In this document: piece after piece, positions 28,627 to 39,360 of the stretch
Position numbering within the stretch: position 1 is the stretch's first letter
How the letters are laid out: every line of letters starts with the position of its first letter
NCBI GenBank assembly: GCA_934153675.1
Contig: CAKPFG010000001.1
Coordinates: forward strand, 75,426 to 139,425
Source: an uncultured Bacilli bacterium
Lineage (GTDB): Bacteria; Bacillota_I; Bacilli_A; RF39; UBA660
Length of the DNA: 64,000 bases
Reading direction: 5' to 3'
The notes under the pieces: generated by a model
What the model was told of the DNA's origin: nothing
Databases searched by the model: none
Seen by the model: the letters and a program-made list of their open reading frames with translations, nothing else
Translations under genes and position numbers: made by a program

Positions 28627-30420
28627 ATGATGAATAATAATAGAAAAATAACTGGAGTAATAAAAGAAGATAGGATATGGGAACAATGGTATGATGAAGA
28701 ATTATTAAAAACAAGTTTACCAAAAATGAATCAGACAGATTATTTATTAAAATCTAATAAAGGATTTGAACAAAATATTATTATAAATAATCGTGGTAAA
28801 AAATCTTTAACTTTAAATATGTTCAATGATAGAATAAATTTAATTACATCTTCATTAATTAATTGTGGTATAAAAAAAGGGGATATAATTTCTTCGGTGG
28901 CTTTGTCGACGCCTGACTTAGTGGCACTTAAATATGCTGCAACAAGTATAGGAGCAATTACAGCTAACTTAAATTTTGCAGATGCCGCATCAAATCTTGA
29001 TTGTAATAAAATGTATAAGCAATTAGTAAAAATACAGCCTAAAATAATTTTTGTTCTTGATATTTTAGAGAACAAAGTATCAGAATTATTAAATATAAAT
29101 GAATTTAAGGATATTAAAAAGATTATATTGCCTCTTACAAATTATACAAATATTTTAAACAGTGAAAGAATATTAGTTCCAATATTAAAAGCACAAAATA
29201 AAATAAAAAAATTGCATATTAATTCAGCTATTAATTTTAATAGATTTTTAAAAAATGGTGATAAAAATTTTAAAATTGAAAAAAGATTGTATTGTAAAGA
29301 TATGCCGGCTAATATAGCTTTTACTAGTGGAACAACAGGAGATAGTAAAGCTGTTTTATTATCCCATGATGCAAATAATGCACTTGCTTATCAACATAAA
29401 ATAGCTAATTTAAAATTAAATAGGGGTGAAAAGAATTTAGCTTTAGTGCCACCATTTTTAGCTTTTTGGGATAGTGATATTATTCATATGGCAATGTGTA
29501 TGGGAATAGAAGAAATTTTAGATTTATCTTTAACTTATGATAAAATACCAGAATATTTAAAGAAATATCATCCAAATTATGGTATATGGTCACAATATTT
29601 ATGGGATTCATTATTACATATGGATAAAGAAGATATAAAAGAAATTTCAACTTATTTAAAAAAAGTAGTAGTTGGTGGCGAACGAGCAGAAAAAAATCAA
29701 ATTAAAACGTTTGAAAAAATCACGGGTATTACCCAAGAGGCAGGATATGGCGCTACTGAGATGAATACGTGTTTTTCGGTTGCCAATCCTAGATGTAATA
29801 TAGTTGGTTCGTCTGGAATACCATTACCCTTTAATAATCTTAAAATATTAGATAATAGCGGAAAAGAATTGACATATAACCAAAGAGGAAAAGTTTATTT
29901 AACTGGTCCTGCCCAAATGCTTGGTTATTATGATGATGATGAAAAAACAAAACAAGTTTTAAGTAAAGATGAGAATGGTATTACTTGGTATAATACTAAT
30001 GATTATGGTTATTTAGATGAATATGGATCATTACATATTTTAGATAGATACCAAGAACCAATTAAAATTGATAGCCGATTGGTGAACATAGTGGATGTAA
30101 ATGAAGCAATAAAAGCATGCCCTTATGTTAAAATTTGTAAAACAAATTATGCTAATGATAAGTTAGTTACATTTGTAGTTTTTGATGAATTTGCTGATGT
30201 ATCTAAAGAGGAAATGTTAAAAAGTTTAAAATTGGTAATTGATAATTTAAAAGAAAAACCAAATATAATAAGAATATTAAAAACGTTACCTCGTACGCAG
30301 GTTGGAAAAGTAGATTATGCTCTTTTAAAGGAGGAAACAGAACAATTGACTAGTATTTATACTAATGCTGTTATTGCTGATTCTCTTGAAAAAGTAAAAA
30401 AATTAAAAAGACATGTTTAA
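28627..30420 (+). CDS. AMP-binding (adenylate-forming) enzyme, acyl-CoA ligase-like
   Basis: AFTSGTTGDSKAV (A3/P-loop), GYGATE (A5) and C-terminal LPRTQVGKVD (A10 lysine); start from RBS ggagg at 28627 (ORF open from 28594). Confidence 0.8.
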   Translation: MMNNNRKITGVIKEDRIWEQWYDEELLKTSLPKMNQTDYLLKSNKGFEQNIIINNRGKKSLTLNMFNDRINLITSSLINCGIKKGDIISSVALSTPDLVALKYAATSIGAITANLNFADAASNLDCNKMYKQLVKIQPKIIFVLDILENKVSELLNINEFKDIKKIILPLTNYTNILNSERILVPILKAQNKIKKLHINSAINFNRFLKNGDKNFKIEKRLYCKDMPANIAFTSGTTGDSKAVLLSHDANNALAYQHKIANLKLNRGEKNLALVPPFLAFWDSDIIHMAMCMGIEEILDLSLTYDKIPEYLKKYHPNYGIWSQYLWDSLLHMDKEDIKEISTYLKKVVVGGERAEKNQIKTFEKITGITQEAGYGATEMNTCFSVANPRCNIVGSSGIPLPFNNLKILDNSGKELTYNQRGKVYLTGPAQMLGYYDDDEKTKQVLSKDENGITWYNTNDYGYLDEYGSLHILDRYQEPIKIDSRLVNIVDVNEAIKACPYVKICKTNYANDKLVTFVVFDEFADVSKEEMLKSLKLVIDNLKEKPNIIRILKTLPRTQVGKVDYALLKEETEQLTSIYTNAVIADSLEKVKKLKRHV

Positions 30421-30469
30421 AATATGTTTTTTTTTTGATATAATTATCTTGAATGATAGAGGTGGTTAT

Positions 30470-32281
30470 ATGCAAAATGCAATATTTTTTTCAATAGTTA
30501 GTTTAGTATATTCTATAGTGTTAGTTCTTTTCTTTTTTTCTAAAAAAAGAATGGAAAGTGATGAAAATAAAATTTTTAAAAGGATGTTAATAATTAATTT
30601 GATTGGACTTTTGATAGAGGTATTTCCTGCAACTTTTGCAATTAGATGTTTATTAAAAACAAATATTCCTTTAGCTATTAATGTTTTAAAGCTGATTTTG
30701 GTTTATTTTATAATTTGGATAGGAGAGTTTACAAAATATATATTTTTAATTACGTTAAAAGATAAGCGTAAATATCAAAATAAGATTAATTCTTATTCGA
30801 AACCTGTCAACATTATTTCTGTAATTATTTATATAATTAGTAGTTTTATTGTATATAAATTACCATTAAATGCTTATCAAAATAATGGGGCTGCATATAC
30901 ATATGGACCTGCTGCTACTTATATATATTTACTGAGTGCCATTTTAATAATATTATGGGTAATAGTTCTTACATCTAATTTTAAAAAATTGAGAAATAAA
31001 AAATATATTCCTATTTTTGCCTTTATTATAATAGGTGTTGTAGTTATTGTAATTCAATCGATATATCCAGAATTAACATTAATGTTATCTATGCAAACAC
31101 TTATTATGTATCTTATGTATTTCACTATAGAAAATCCAGATATTAAAGTTATTGGAGAATTAAATAAAAATAAAGATATTCTAGAGAAAAATAATGAAAA
31201 TAGATCTAATTTTTTATTTAGAATGACCCAAGAGGTAAGAAAGCCTGTTAGTAATATTTTTAATTTAGCTAATCTGATTGATACTAAAAATGAGTATGTA
31301 AAGTTAGACGATATAGTAACAGCTATTAAAACAAATACAAGACATATATCATACGTTGTAAATAATGTTTTGGATGTATCAGATATTGATATTAGAAAAA
31401 TAAAAATGATGGATAGTAAGTATAATGCAAAAAGATTGTTTGATGAAATAAATTTATTTATAAAAGATAAGATACCTCTTGATGTTACTTATAATTATAA
31501 TATTAGTCCTGAAATGCCTGCTATGCTTTATGGTGATTATATAAAATTAAAACAGGCAATTATGTCTATTTTAATTAATTCTTTAGAAAATACCAAAAAG
31601 GGTTTTATTAGTTTAGATGTTAATGTTATCATAAAGTATGATATGTGCCGTTTAATTATTACTGTGGAAGATTCTGGATGTGGGATGAATATTCAACAAG
31701 TAAATGATATTTTAACATTAGATAAACAATTAGATAAGGAAGATGAAAAAAAATTGACAGAAATGGATGTTGATTTGAATATTACTAAAAAAATTATTAA
31801 TTTAATAGGTGGATCAATTATGATCAAAAGTGAAATAGATAAAGGAACTGAATTTATGGTGGTAGTTGATCAAAAAATAGTTGAAAATAATGATAAAAAT
31901 ATAAAATCATTTAATGATACAAAAAAAGTATTAATAGTTGATGATGATCTTCATTTATTGCAAAATGAAAAAAATATTTTAGAGGAGCATCATATAAATG
32001 TTATAAGTACTATGTATGGTGAAGATGCTGTTGATAAAATAAGAATTAATGAACATTTTGATTTAATATTAATTGATGATGATATGGTTAAGCAAAGTGG
32101 TGTTGCAACATTGCAGCAGTTACAAACTCTTTCTAATTTTAATACACCAGTTATAGTTATGCTTGAGAAGAATAAAGAAATAATAAAAAAGCATTATATA
32201 GAAAAAGGATTTACTGACTATGTTTTAAAAAGTGATTTACAAAACGAATTAAATAGAATCGCTGATAAATATTTGAAATAA
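30470..32281 (+). CDS. Membrane hybrid histidine-kinase-like protein (HATPase + receiver) with Gln in place of the phospho-acceptor His
   Basis: Six N-terminal TMs. The H-box-like segment reads FRMTQEVRKPV (consensus SHELRTPL). N-box ILINSLENTKKG, D-box DSGCGM and G-box GGSIMIKSEIDKGTEF are present. The receiver has KVLIVDDD...DLILIDDDM. Start from RBS gaggtgg (ORF open from 30413). Confidence 0.7.
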   Translation: MQNAIFFSIVSLVYSIVLVLFFFSKKRMESDENKIFKRMLIINLIGLLIEVFPATFAIRCLLKTNIPLAINVLKLILVYFIIWIGEFTKYIFLITLKDKRKYQNKINSYSKPVNIISVIIYIISSFIVYKLPLNAYQNNGAAYTYGPAATYIYLLSAILIILWVIVLTSNFKKLRNKKYIPIFAFIIIGVVVIVIQSIYPELTLMLSMQTLIMYLMYFTIENPDIKVIGELNKNKDILEKNNENRSNFLFRMTQEVRKPVSNIFNLANLIDTKNEYVKLDDIVTAIKTNTRHISYVVNNVLDVSDIDIRKIKMMDSKYNAKRLFDEINLFIKDKIPLDVTYNYNISPEMPAMLYGDYIKLKQAIMSILINSLENTKKGFISLDVNVIIKYDMCRLIITVEDSGCGMNIQQVNDILTLDKQLDKEDEKKLTEMDVDLNITKKIINLIGGSIMIKSEIDKGTEFMVVVDQKIVENNDKNIKSFNDTKKVLIVDDDLHLLQNEKNILEEHHINVISTMYGEDAVDKIRINEHFDLILIDDDMVKQSGVATLQQLQTLSNFNTPVIVMLEKNKEIIKKHYIEKGFTDYVLKSDLQNELNRIADKYLK

Positions 32282-32550
32282 GTAATTATTTCTTTTTTTA
32301 TACTATAATATTTCGTTTTATAAAAAAATTTTCTAATTTTAATTGATGATTTTTGTTTGAATCGTCAGAAACGCTTTCTTATAATGAATAAATTAAAGAA
32401 TGATATAAGTGAAAATTAACAATAAATAAAAAATTGTATTATATTTATTATACATATATTTTTGATTTTTAGAACAAATCTGAAAGTTAAATTTTAGTTT
32501 TTTATTTGCATTTTATTATTTTAACATGTTATAATGGTAACGGTGATTTT

Positions 32551-33669
32551 ATGATATATTTAGATTATAGTGCAACAACGCCAGTTGATGATAGGGTGTT
32601 GGAAAGCTTTAATAAAGCTTGCAAATATGTTGGTAATCCCAATTCACTTCATGAACTTGGTGTTAAGGCTAATCAATTAATTAAAGCATCTTCCGATCAA
32701 ATAAGTAAGTTACTAAATTTAAATGATAAAGAAATTATTTATACTAGTGGTTCTAGCGAAGCTAATAATTTAGCTATAAAGGGATTATGTTTGAAACATA
32801 AAAATAGAAAGCATATTATAACTACAGCGTTTGAACATTCTTCAATCTATGGTCCTATTAACTATTTAATTGATAATGGATATAAAGTAGATTTTGTGAA
32901 AATTTTAGAAAATGGTCTTATTGATATTGATAATTTAAAAGAACTTATTACGGATGATACTATTTTAGTTAGTATAGGTGCTGTTAATAGTGAAATTGGT
33001 ATAAGACAACCGATAGAAAAAATTGGTGCTGTTTTAAAGAATTATAATAAAGTATTTTTTCATTGTGATGCAACACAGATAATAGGTAAGGCGTCAATTG
33101 ATTTAACTAACGTTGATCTTATTAGTTTTTCGGCTCATAAGTTTTTTGGTATTAAAGGTATTGGTTGTTTAATTAAAAATAAAAATTTGGTTTTGTTACC
33201 ACTAATTTTAGGTGGAACTAGTACAACAAAATTTAGAAGTGGTACGCCTTGTACCGAATTGATTGTATCACTTGCAAAAGCTTTACGTTTAGCACTTGAA
33301 AATATAGATGAAAAAAGCAAATATGTTGAAAGTTTAAATAATATATTAAAAGAAAAATTACAAAAGTATGAAAAAGTATTTATTAATAGTAATGATAAGT
33401 GTATTCCACATATTTTAAATTTGAGTGTAATAGATGTTAAACCAGAGGTTATGCTTCATGCTTTAGAACATTATAAAATATATATATCAACAAAGTCTGC
33501 CTGTTCCCTAGCTAATTTATCTAAAGCTGTGATGAGTCTTACTAATTCCAAAAAAAGAGCTTTATCTAGTATTAGGATTAGTATATCTTTTAAGACAACA
33601 AAAAATGAAATAGAAAGATTTTTAGATTGTTTTGATATTATTTACAATAATTTAACGAGTTTGAGGTAA
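32551..33669 (+). CDS. Cysteine desulfurase, NifS/IscS-like class V aminotransferase
   Basis: MIYLDYSATTP N-terminus; PLP-lysine SFSAHKFFGIKGIG. Start from RBS acggtga (ORF open from 32506). Confidence 0.8.
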   Translation: MIYLDYSATTPVDDRVLESFNKACKYVGNPNSLHELGVKANQLIKASSDQISKLLNLNDKEIIYTSGSSEANNLAIKGLCLKHKNRKHIITTAFEHSSIYGPINYLIDNGYKVDFVKILENGLIDIDNLKELITDDTILVSIGAVNSEIGIRQPIEKIGAVLKNYNKVFFHCDATQIIGKASIDLTNVDLISFSAHKFFGIKGIGCLIKNKNLVLLPLILGGTSTTKFRSGTPCTELIVSLAKALRLALENIDEKSKYVESLNNILKEKLQKYEKVFINSNDKCIPHILNLSVIDVKPEVMLHALEHYKIYISTKSACSLANLSKAVMSLTNSKKRALSSIRISISFKTTKNEIERFLDCFDIIYNNLTSLR

Positions 33670-33672
33670 TAT

Positions 33673-33909
33673 ATGAAAATAATAAGAATTAGTGCGATTT
33701 GGTGTAGTAGTTGTATTTTGATGAAACAAAGATTAAATAAAGTAATTGATAATGATAAAATAAAAATAATTGATTATGATTATGATATGGATTATGATAT
33801 TGTAAAAAAATATAAAATAGGAAATACACTGCCTGTTTTAATTAATAATGATAAAAGATTAGTTGGTGAGCATTCTATAGAAGAAATAAAGGAGTTTTTG
33901 AAAAATTAG
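33673..33909 (+). CDS. Small thioredoxin-fold protein
   Basis: 78 aa; WCSSC active-site-like CxxC near the N-terminus. Confidence 0.55.
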   Translation: MKIIRISAIWCSSCILMKQRLNKVIDNDKIKIIDYDYDMDYDIVKKYKIGNTLPVLINNDKRLVGEHSIEEIKEFLKN

Positions 33910-35094
33910 ATGAAGAAGTTTTTTTATGTTATATTGTTTTTATTTTTATTTACCTTTTCTATTAATATAGCGTCGGCTCGTGAAGTTAATTTATATTTAT
34001 TTCACAGTTCAACATGTCCACATTGTAAAGAAGAAAGAACTTATTTAAAACAATTAGAAAACAAATATGATTATTTAAATGTTTTAGAATATGAAGTTCA
34101 TGATTATATTTCTGTTACTACTAAAGTTAGAGATGAATTAAAAATAAAAGAAAGTTATGTTCCTATTACTATTGTAGGTAGTGATTATATAATAGGTTTT
34201 AGTACATCTACTAAAAGTGAAATAGAATCATTGATAAAAAAATATCATGATAATGACTTATGTGATGCTGTTGATTTAATTATTAAGGGTAAAAATATTG
34301 ATAATTGTGTTAAAAAGAATAATAATATCAAAATTGAAAATACTTTTAAAAATTTACCAATATTAGGGAAAGTAGATGTAAAAAAAGTTTCGTTACCACT
34401 TATTTCTATAATAATAGGTCTTGTCGATGGGTTTAATCCATGTGCTATGTGGATATTATTGTTTTTAATAACTATGTTAATTAATATGAAGAATAGAAAA
34501 AGAATGTGGATATTAGGTTTTACATTTATTATTTCATCAGCTTTGGTTTATCTAATGTTTATGTTAGCGTATTTACAAATAGCATCTACACTAGTACAAA
34601 CTTGGTTTAAATATTTAATAGCTTTAGTTGCCTTTGTTGGTGGTATTATTAATTTAAATGCATATTTTAAAACTAGAAAGAAAGATACTGGTTGCACTGT
34701 AACAAATATAGATAAAAGAAGAAAAATTATCTTTAGAATAAAAAGAATATTAACAGAAAAGAGCTTTGTTTTAGCATTTCTTGGAATTATTTTTCTTGCT
34801 TTCTCAGTTAATCTAATTGAACTTGCCTGTTCTGCTGGCCTTCCTGTTTTATTTACGCAAATAATTGCACTTAATAATTTATCTGTTTTTGATACAGCAA
34901 TTTACTTTTTTCTATATTTACTTTTCTTTATGATAGATGATATTATTGTTTTTATAATTGCTATGATTACTTTTAAAGTAACTGGCATATCTAACAAGTA
35001 TAGTAAATATTCTCATCTTATAGGTGGTATTATAATGGTTATTATAGGAATTTTAATGGCTTTTAAAACAGAGTGGTTAATGTTTAATTTTTAA
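33910..35094 (+). CDS. Fusion of an exported thioredoxin-like domain (CPHC) with a CcdA/DsbD-family thiol-disulfide transporter membrane domain
   Basis: Signal peptide, then FHSSTCPHCKEE, then multi-TM region with GLVDGFNPCAMWILLFL and LACSAGLPVLF cysteine-containing helices typical of the DsbD_2/CcdA family. Confidence 0.65.
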   Translation: MKKFFYVILFLFLFTFSINIASAREVNLYLFHSSTCPHCKEERTYLKQLENKYDYLNVLEYEVHDYISVTTKVRDELKIKESYVPITIVGSDYIIGFSTSTKSEIESLIKKYHDNDLCDAVDLIIKGKNIDNCVKKNNNIKIENTFKNLPILGKVDVKKVSLPLISIIIGLVDGFNPCAMWILLFLITMLINMKNRKRMWILGFTFIISSALVYLMFMLAYLQIASTLVQTWFKYLIALVAFVGGIINLNAYFKTRKKDTGCTVTNIDKRRKIIFRIKRILTEKSFVLAFLGIIFLAFSVNLIELACSAGLPVLFTQIIALNNLSVFDTAIYFFLYLLFFMIDDIIVFIIAMITFKVTGISNKYSKYSHLIGGIIMVIIGILMAFKTEWLMFNF

Positions 35095-35106
35095 GGGGTG
35101 AATTTT

Positions 35107-36330
35107 ATGGATATTAAAATAAAAGATGCATTAGAAAAAGAAATAAGAAGGCAAAATAATAATGTAGAACTTATTGCTTCTGAAAATTATGTTAGTTTAG
35201 ATATATTAAAATTACAAGGAAGTATTTTCACAAATAAATATGCAGAAGGTTATCCTAATAAAAGGTATTATGGTGGTTGTGAAAATGTAGATGTAATAGA
35301 GAATTTAGCTATTTCATATGCTTGCAATCTTTTTAAATGCAAGTATGCAAATGTTCAACCACATAGTGGTAGTGGTGCTAATATGGCTGTATATAGGGCT
35401 TTACTTAATCCTGGTGATATTGTTTTAGGGATGGATTTAAGTTGTGGTGGCCATTTAACACATGGCTCTAGCGTAAGTTTTAGCGGAGTTGATTATAATT
35501 TTTACTCATATAAAACAAATGATGATGGATTAATTAACTATACTGATATATTAGAACTTGCAAAAAAGGTTAAACCTAAAATGATTGTGGCAGGTGCATC
35601 TGCTTATTCCAGAAGTATTGATTTTAAAAAATTTAGAGATATTGCGAATAGTGTTAATGCTTATTTAATGGTTGATATGGCTCATATAGCAGGTCTTGTT
35701 GCAGCAGGAAGTCATTTATCTCCAATTCCGTATGCAGATGTTGTAACCTCAACTACGCATAAAACATTAAGGGGACCTCGTGGAGGTGTTATTTTAACTA
35801 ACAGTGAAGAAATTATTAAAAAAGTTAATAAAGCAGTATTTCCATTATTACAAGGTGGGCCTTTGATGCATGTGATAGCAGCTAAAGCAGAGTGTTTTTA
35901 TGAGGCCAATACTGATGGGTTTAAAAAATATATAAAGCAAGTAATAAAAAACACACAAGTTTTATGCAAAGTATTTAAAGACAAGATTAGAATAATATCG
36001 GGTGGTAGTGATAATCATTTAATTTTACTTGATGTATCGAGTATTGGTTTAACTGGAAAGGAAGCCGAAGAGGCTTTAGATAGAATAAATATTACGGTTA
36101 ACAAAAATACTATTCCTAATGATAGAAATGGTGTATCTAAAACTAGCGGTATTAGAATTGGAACATCAGCAATGACAACTAGAGGGTTTAAGGAAAAGGA
36201 ATTTGAAATAATAGCTAAAATTATGATACAATGTTTAAAAAATAGTAAAAATTTAGAATTATTAGAAATTTTAAAAAATGAAGTTTTAAAATTAACATCT
36301 AAATTTCCTATTTATAAGGAGGAATTATGA
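35107..36330 (+). CDS. glyA: Serine hydroxymethyltransferase
   Basis: [21 protein letters not shown] and PLP-lysine [14 protein letters not shown]; ATG at 35107 preferred (RBS aagggg), ORF open from GTG 35098. Confidence 0.95.
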   Translation: MDIKIKDALEKEIRRQNNNVELIASENYVSLDILKLQGSIFTNKYAEGYPNKRYYGGCENVDVIENLAISYACNLFKCKYANVQPHSGSGANMAVYRALLNPGDIVLGMDLSCGGHLTHGSSVSFSGVDYNFYSYKTNDDGLINYTDILELAKKVKPKMIVAGASAYSRSIDFKKFRDIANSVNAYLMVDMAHIAGLVAAGSHLSPIPYADVVTSTTHKTLRGPRGGVILTNSEEIIKKVNKAVFPLLQGGPLMHVIAAKAECFYEANTDGFKKYIKQVIKNTQVLCKVFKDKIRIISGGSDNHLILLDVSSIGLTGKEAEEALDRINITVNKNTIPNDRNGVSKTSGIRIGTSAMTTRGFKEKEFEIIAKIMIQCLKNSKNLELLEILKNEVLKLTSKFPIYKEEL

Positions 36331-37160
36331 AAGTAATAGATGGAAAAATGATTAGCGAAGAAATTAAAAGTGAACTTAAACAAAGTATAAAATTTGAAAT
36401 GATTAAGCCTTCTATTGCGGTTATTCAAGTAGGAAACAATAATGCTAGTGATATTTATATTAAAATGAAGAAAAAGGCTTGTGAAGATGTAGGAATTTAT
36501 TTTCGTCATTATTTATATGATGATAAACAGTCTGAATTAACTATAATTAATAAAATTAAAGAATTAAATAATGATGAATATGTTAATGGAATTATTATTC
36601 AACTTCCGTTACCAGAAGGTTATAATGAGAAAAGGTTAGTTAATACTATCATTAATAGTAAAGACATAGATGGTTTAACAGATATTAATACAGGACGTCT
36701 TGTTAACGATAGAAAAACATTAATTCCCTGCACGGCTGCTGCAGTAATGGAATTATTAAAAAGAAATAATGTTGAAATTGAAGGTAAGCATGTAGTACTG
36801 GTCGGTAAGGGAAAATTAACATGTAAACCATTAATTCAATTATTTTTAAATGAGCATGCAACAGTGACTGTATGTCATTCTAAAACAGTAGATTTAAAAC
36901 GTTATACAAAAGATGCGGATATATTAGTAAGTGCAACGGGAATTAATAATCTTATCAAAGAGGATATGGTAAAAAAAGATTCTATCGTGATTGATGTTGG
37001 AATTAATTATGAAGAAGGTCACATTAGTGGTGATGTCGATTTTGAAAATGTAAAAGAACATACGAGTTTAATTACCACAACGCCAGGTGGGGTAGGACCA
37101 ATGACTGTTGCTATGCTTTTAAAGAATGTTATTTATTGTTATCAGAATAAGAAAAAATGA
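36327..37160 (+). CDS. folD: Bifunctional methylenetetrahydrofolate dehydrogenase/cyclohydrolase
   Basis: [46 protein letters not shown] motifs; ATGA overlap with glyA. Confidence 0.95.
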   Translation: MKVIDGKMISEEIKSELKQSIKFEMIKPSIAVIQVGNNNASDIYIKMKKKACEDVGIYFRHYLYDDKQSELTIINKIKELNNDEYVNGIIIQLPLPEGYNEKRLVNTIINSKDIDGLTDINTGRLVNDRKTLIPCTAAAVMELLKRNNVEIEGKHVVLVGKGKLTCKPLIQLFLNEHATVTVCHSKTVDLKRYTKDADILVSATGINNLIKEDMVKKDSIVIDVGINYEEGHISGDVDFENVKEHTSLITTTPGGVGPMTVAMLLKNVIYCYQNKKK

Positions 37161-37906
37161 AATTTTCAAAATCATTTAAAGTAATTTTTGGCTTTTTATT
37201 TATTTTGCTTATTGCATTAATTTGTAGTATATATCATCTTGATTTTAACAAATATTTATATAGTTTTAATAATAAAATATCTAGTAAAAGGGCAATTTCA
37301 AAAAAACAAAGAGTAAATTTTTATGAATGTAGTGGCATAAACTTAATAAAATTTAAAACAGATGGTATAAAAAATTACAAACTTCTTGGAGTTAGTACAG
37401 ATAAATATAATAGTAAATATCGAAAATTTGTGAATAATTATACTTGCAATATTTTAAAAAAAGCCAAAAAAATTTATATAAGTTATGAAACTACCAGTGT
37501 TAATTTTAAAGATAATAGAAACTTAGTTTGGATTTATGTAGATGGTGTGTTATTACAGAAAATACTAATAGAAAATGGTTATGTGGATTTAAATTATTAT
37601 ACTAACTTGTATTACTTAGAGGATTTAAAGAAAAATTACATTAAAGCTAAAAAAAATAAAGTTGGAATATTTAAAAATTTTAAAGAAAAAAGATATAAAG
37701 ATGATAAGTGTACGATAATATTTAAGTATGGTTCTTTAAAAAAAGAATTTAATTTACAAAAGGGGAGTTTAATTGATATTATAAATAATCCTAAAAAAGA
37801 TGGTTATCAATTTGTAGGATGGATGGTTAATGATAAATTATATGATTTTTCAATTCCTATAGATAATGATATGATATTTAAAGCAAGTTTTATAAAAGTT
37901 ACATAA
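37157..37906 (+). CDS. Membrane-anchored staphylococcal-nuclease-like (thermonuclease) domain protein with C-terminal Listeria-Bacteroides (Flg_new) repeat
   Basis: N-terminal TM. SNase-like core (...NLVWIYVDGVLLQKILIENGYV...). C-terminal ...DGYQFVGWMVNDKLYDFSIPI... repeat. Confidence 0.55.
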   Translation: MKFSKSFKVIFGFLFILLIALICSIYHLDFNKYLYSFNNKISSKRAISKKQRVNFYECSGINLIKFKTDGIKNYKLLGVSTDKYNSKYRKFVNNYTCNILKKAKKIYISYETTSVNFKDNRNLVWIYVDGVLLQKILIENGYVDLNYYTNLYYLEDLKKNYIKAKKNKVGIFKNFKEKRYKDDKCTIIFKYGSLKKEFNLQKGSLIDIINNPKKDGYQFVGWMVNDKLYDFSIPIDNDMIFKASFIKVT

Positions 37907-37943
37907 AACTTGTTTTTTTTCATAATATTTATTAGGTGGTACT

Positions 37944-38303
37944 ATGAAAGAAAAGTTTAAAGAATTTGTAAAAAAAAATCCTGTTTTATTAAAGTATATT
38001 AATTCAAATGAGATGACTTGGCAACAATTTTATGAAATGTTTGATTTATATGGTGAAGAGGAAAGTGTTTGGAAAAAATATTTAAAGAAGGAAAAATCTG
38101 ATGCGGTGAAAAGTGAAGTTACTAATTCTGCTTTAACAGACTTTTTAGCTTTTTTAAAAACTATTAATTTAGATTCATTGCAAGAGGGAATTGAAAATGT
38201 ACAACGAGTACTTGGCGTATTTCAAGATTTTTCTACCAATAAAAATAAAAGCCCAAAAGAGGAATACAAACCAAGACCTTTATATAAACATTTTGAGGAT
38301 TGA
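37944..38303 (+). CDS. YlbD-like protein (putative spore coat protein family)
   Basis: FKEFVKKNPVLLKYINSNEMTWQQFYEMFDLYGEEESVWKKY aligns with the B. subtilis YlbD N-terminus. Confidence 0.5.
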   Translation: MKEKFKEFVKKNPVLLKYINSNEMTWQQFYEMFDLYGEEESVWKKYLKKEKSDAVKSEVTNSALTDFLAFLKTINLDSLQEGIENVQRVLGVFQDFSTNKNKSPKEEYKPRPLYKHFED

Positions 38304-38527
38304 TGAGTTTAGATATTCAATTTAAATTAAAGGAAAATAGTATGTATTTAAAATATTTGCACTCACATTCTTATTGGTATAAACTTTTAAATAGAGATCC
38401 TGCTAATTTTTCTCTTTTTATATCTAAATTAAAAGAAGATTATCATTTACGCCCAATAGATAGAATTAATAAAACAATAGATACTATAGATATGTTAAGT
38501 AGTATTATTTCAAGTTTGAATAGTTGA
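38300..38527 (+). CDS. YlbE-like protein
   Basis: YLHSHSYWYKLLNRDPANFSLF...HLRPIDRIN...DMLSSI fits the YlbE family pattern (WYR.L.R.P..F...P.R...Q/DM..MM); ATGA overlap with the upstream gene. Confidence 0.5.
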   Translation: MMSLDIQFKLKENSMYLKYLHSHSYWYKLLNRDPANFSLFISKLKEDYHLRPIDRINKTIDTIDMLSSIISSLNS

Positions 38528-38552
38528 CAATAATATTTAATCATTATATAAT
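38524..38552 (+). promoter_or_regulatory. Sigma-A-type promoter upstream of rsmD (ttgaca - 17 nt - tataat)
   Basis: Exact TTGACA at 38524-38529 and TATAAT at 38547-38552 with a 17-nt spacer, ~17 nt upstream of the rsmD GTG. Confidence 0.5.
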
Positions 38553-38568
38553 TTTTTTGGTGGTATTT

Positions 38569-39105
38569 GTGAGAATTATTAGTGGTAAATATAAAAATAA
38601 AAAAATTAATGGTTTTTTATTGGAAGGTACTAGGCCAACTAAAGATAGAGTAAAGGAATCTTTGTTTGCAATAATTCAAAATTACTTACAGGATAGTATA
38701 TTTTTAGATTTGTTTGCTGGTAGTGGTTCTGTTGGAATTGAAGCTTTATCAAATGGGGCTAAAAAATGTTATTTTGTTGAAAAAGAAAAAAGGGCAATAA
38801 AAATTTTGAGTGAAAATTTAAAAAATATTGATAGTTATATTTTATTGCATGATGATTATATAAATGCTCTTTCTTATTTTAAAAAGAATAATATTACTTT
38901 TGATATTATTTTCTTAGATCCACCTTATCATTTAAATTTAATTTCTTCTGCAATCTATTATATCAAAAAAAATAATTTATTGAATAAAAATGGAATTATT
39001 GTTTGTGAATATCTAAATGAACCAATACCTGATATATATAAAGTTTTAAAAACAAAAAATTATGGAATAACGAATATAAAAATATTTAAAAATGATGATT
39101 TTTAA
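38569..39105 (+). CDS. rsmD: 16S rRNA (guanine966-N2)-methyltransferase RsmD (YlbH)
   Basis: GTG start MRIISGKYKNKKI (RBS ggtgg); LDLFAGSGSVGIEALSNGA SAM motif and DPPY catalytic motif. ORF-track start at 38524 is upstream of the promoter. Confidence 0.85.
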   Translation: MRIISGKYKNKKINGFLLEGTRPTKDRVKESLFAIIQNYLQDSIFLDLFAGSGSVGIEALSNGAKKCYFVEKEKRAIKILSENLKNIDSYILLHDDYINALSYFKKNNITFDIIFLDPPYHLNLISSAIYYIKKNNLLNKNGIIVCEYLNEPIPDIYKVLKTKNYGITNIKIFKNDDF

Positions 39106-39360
39106 ATATTTTTATTTTCGTTGAATTCTAAGTAAAGTGCACAATTAAGTGTGAAACAACAAAAATTATGTTTTTTCAATACAAAATGTACAATATTAAG
39201 TTAGAAAACAACATTAAATAGATTGAAATTTAGAAAATTTAATCAATTTAATTGTATTAATCCATGACAAAAAGATATAGGCATTATAAATTTTTATTTT
39301 TTTAAATCTCTTTATTTATTTGTAGAAATTTGTTATAATTGTTGTAAAGTAGGTGGTAGT

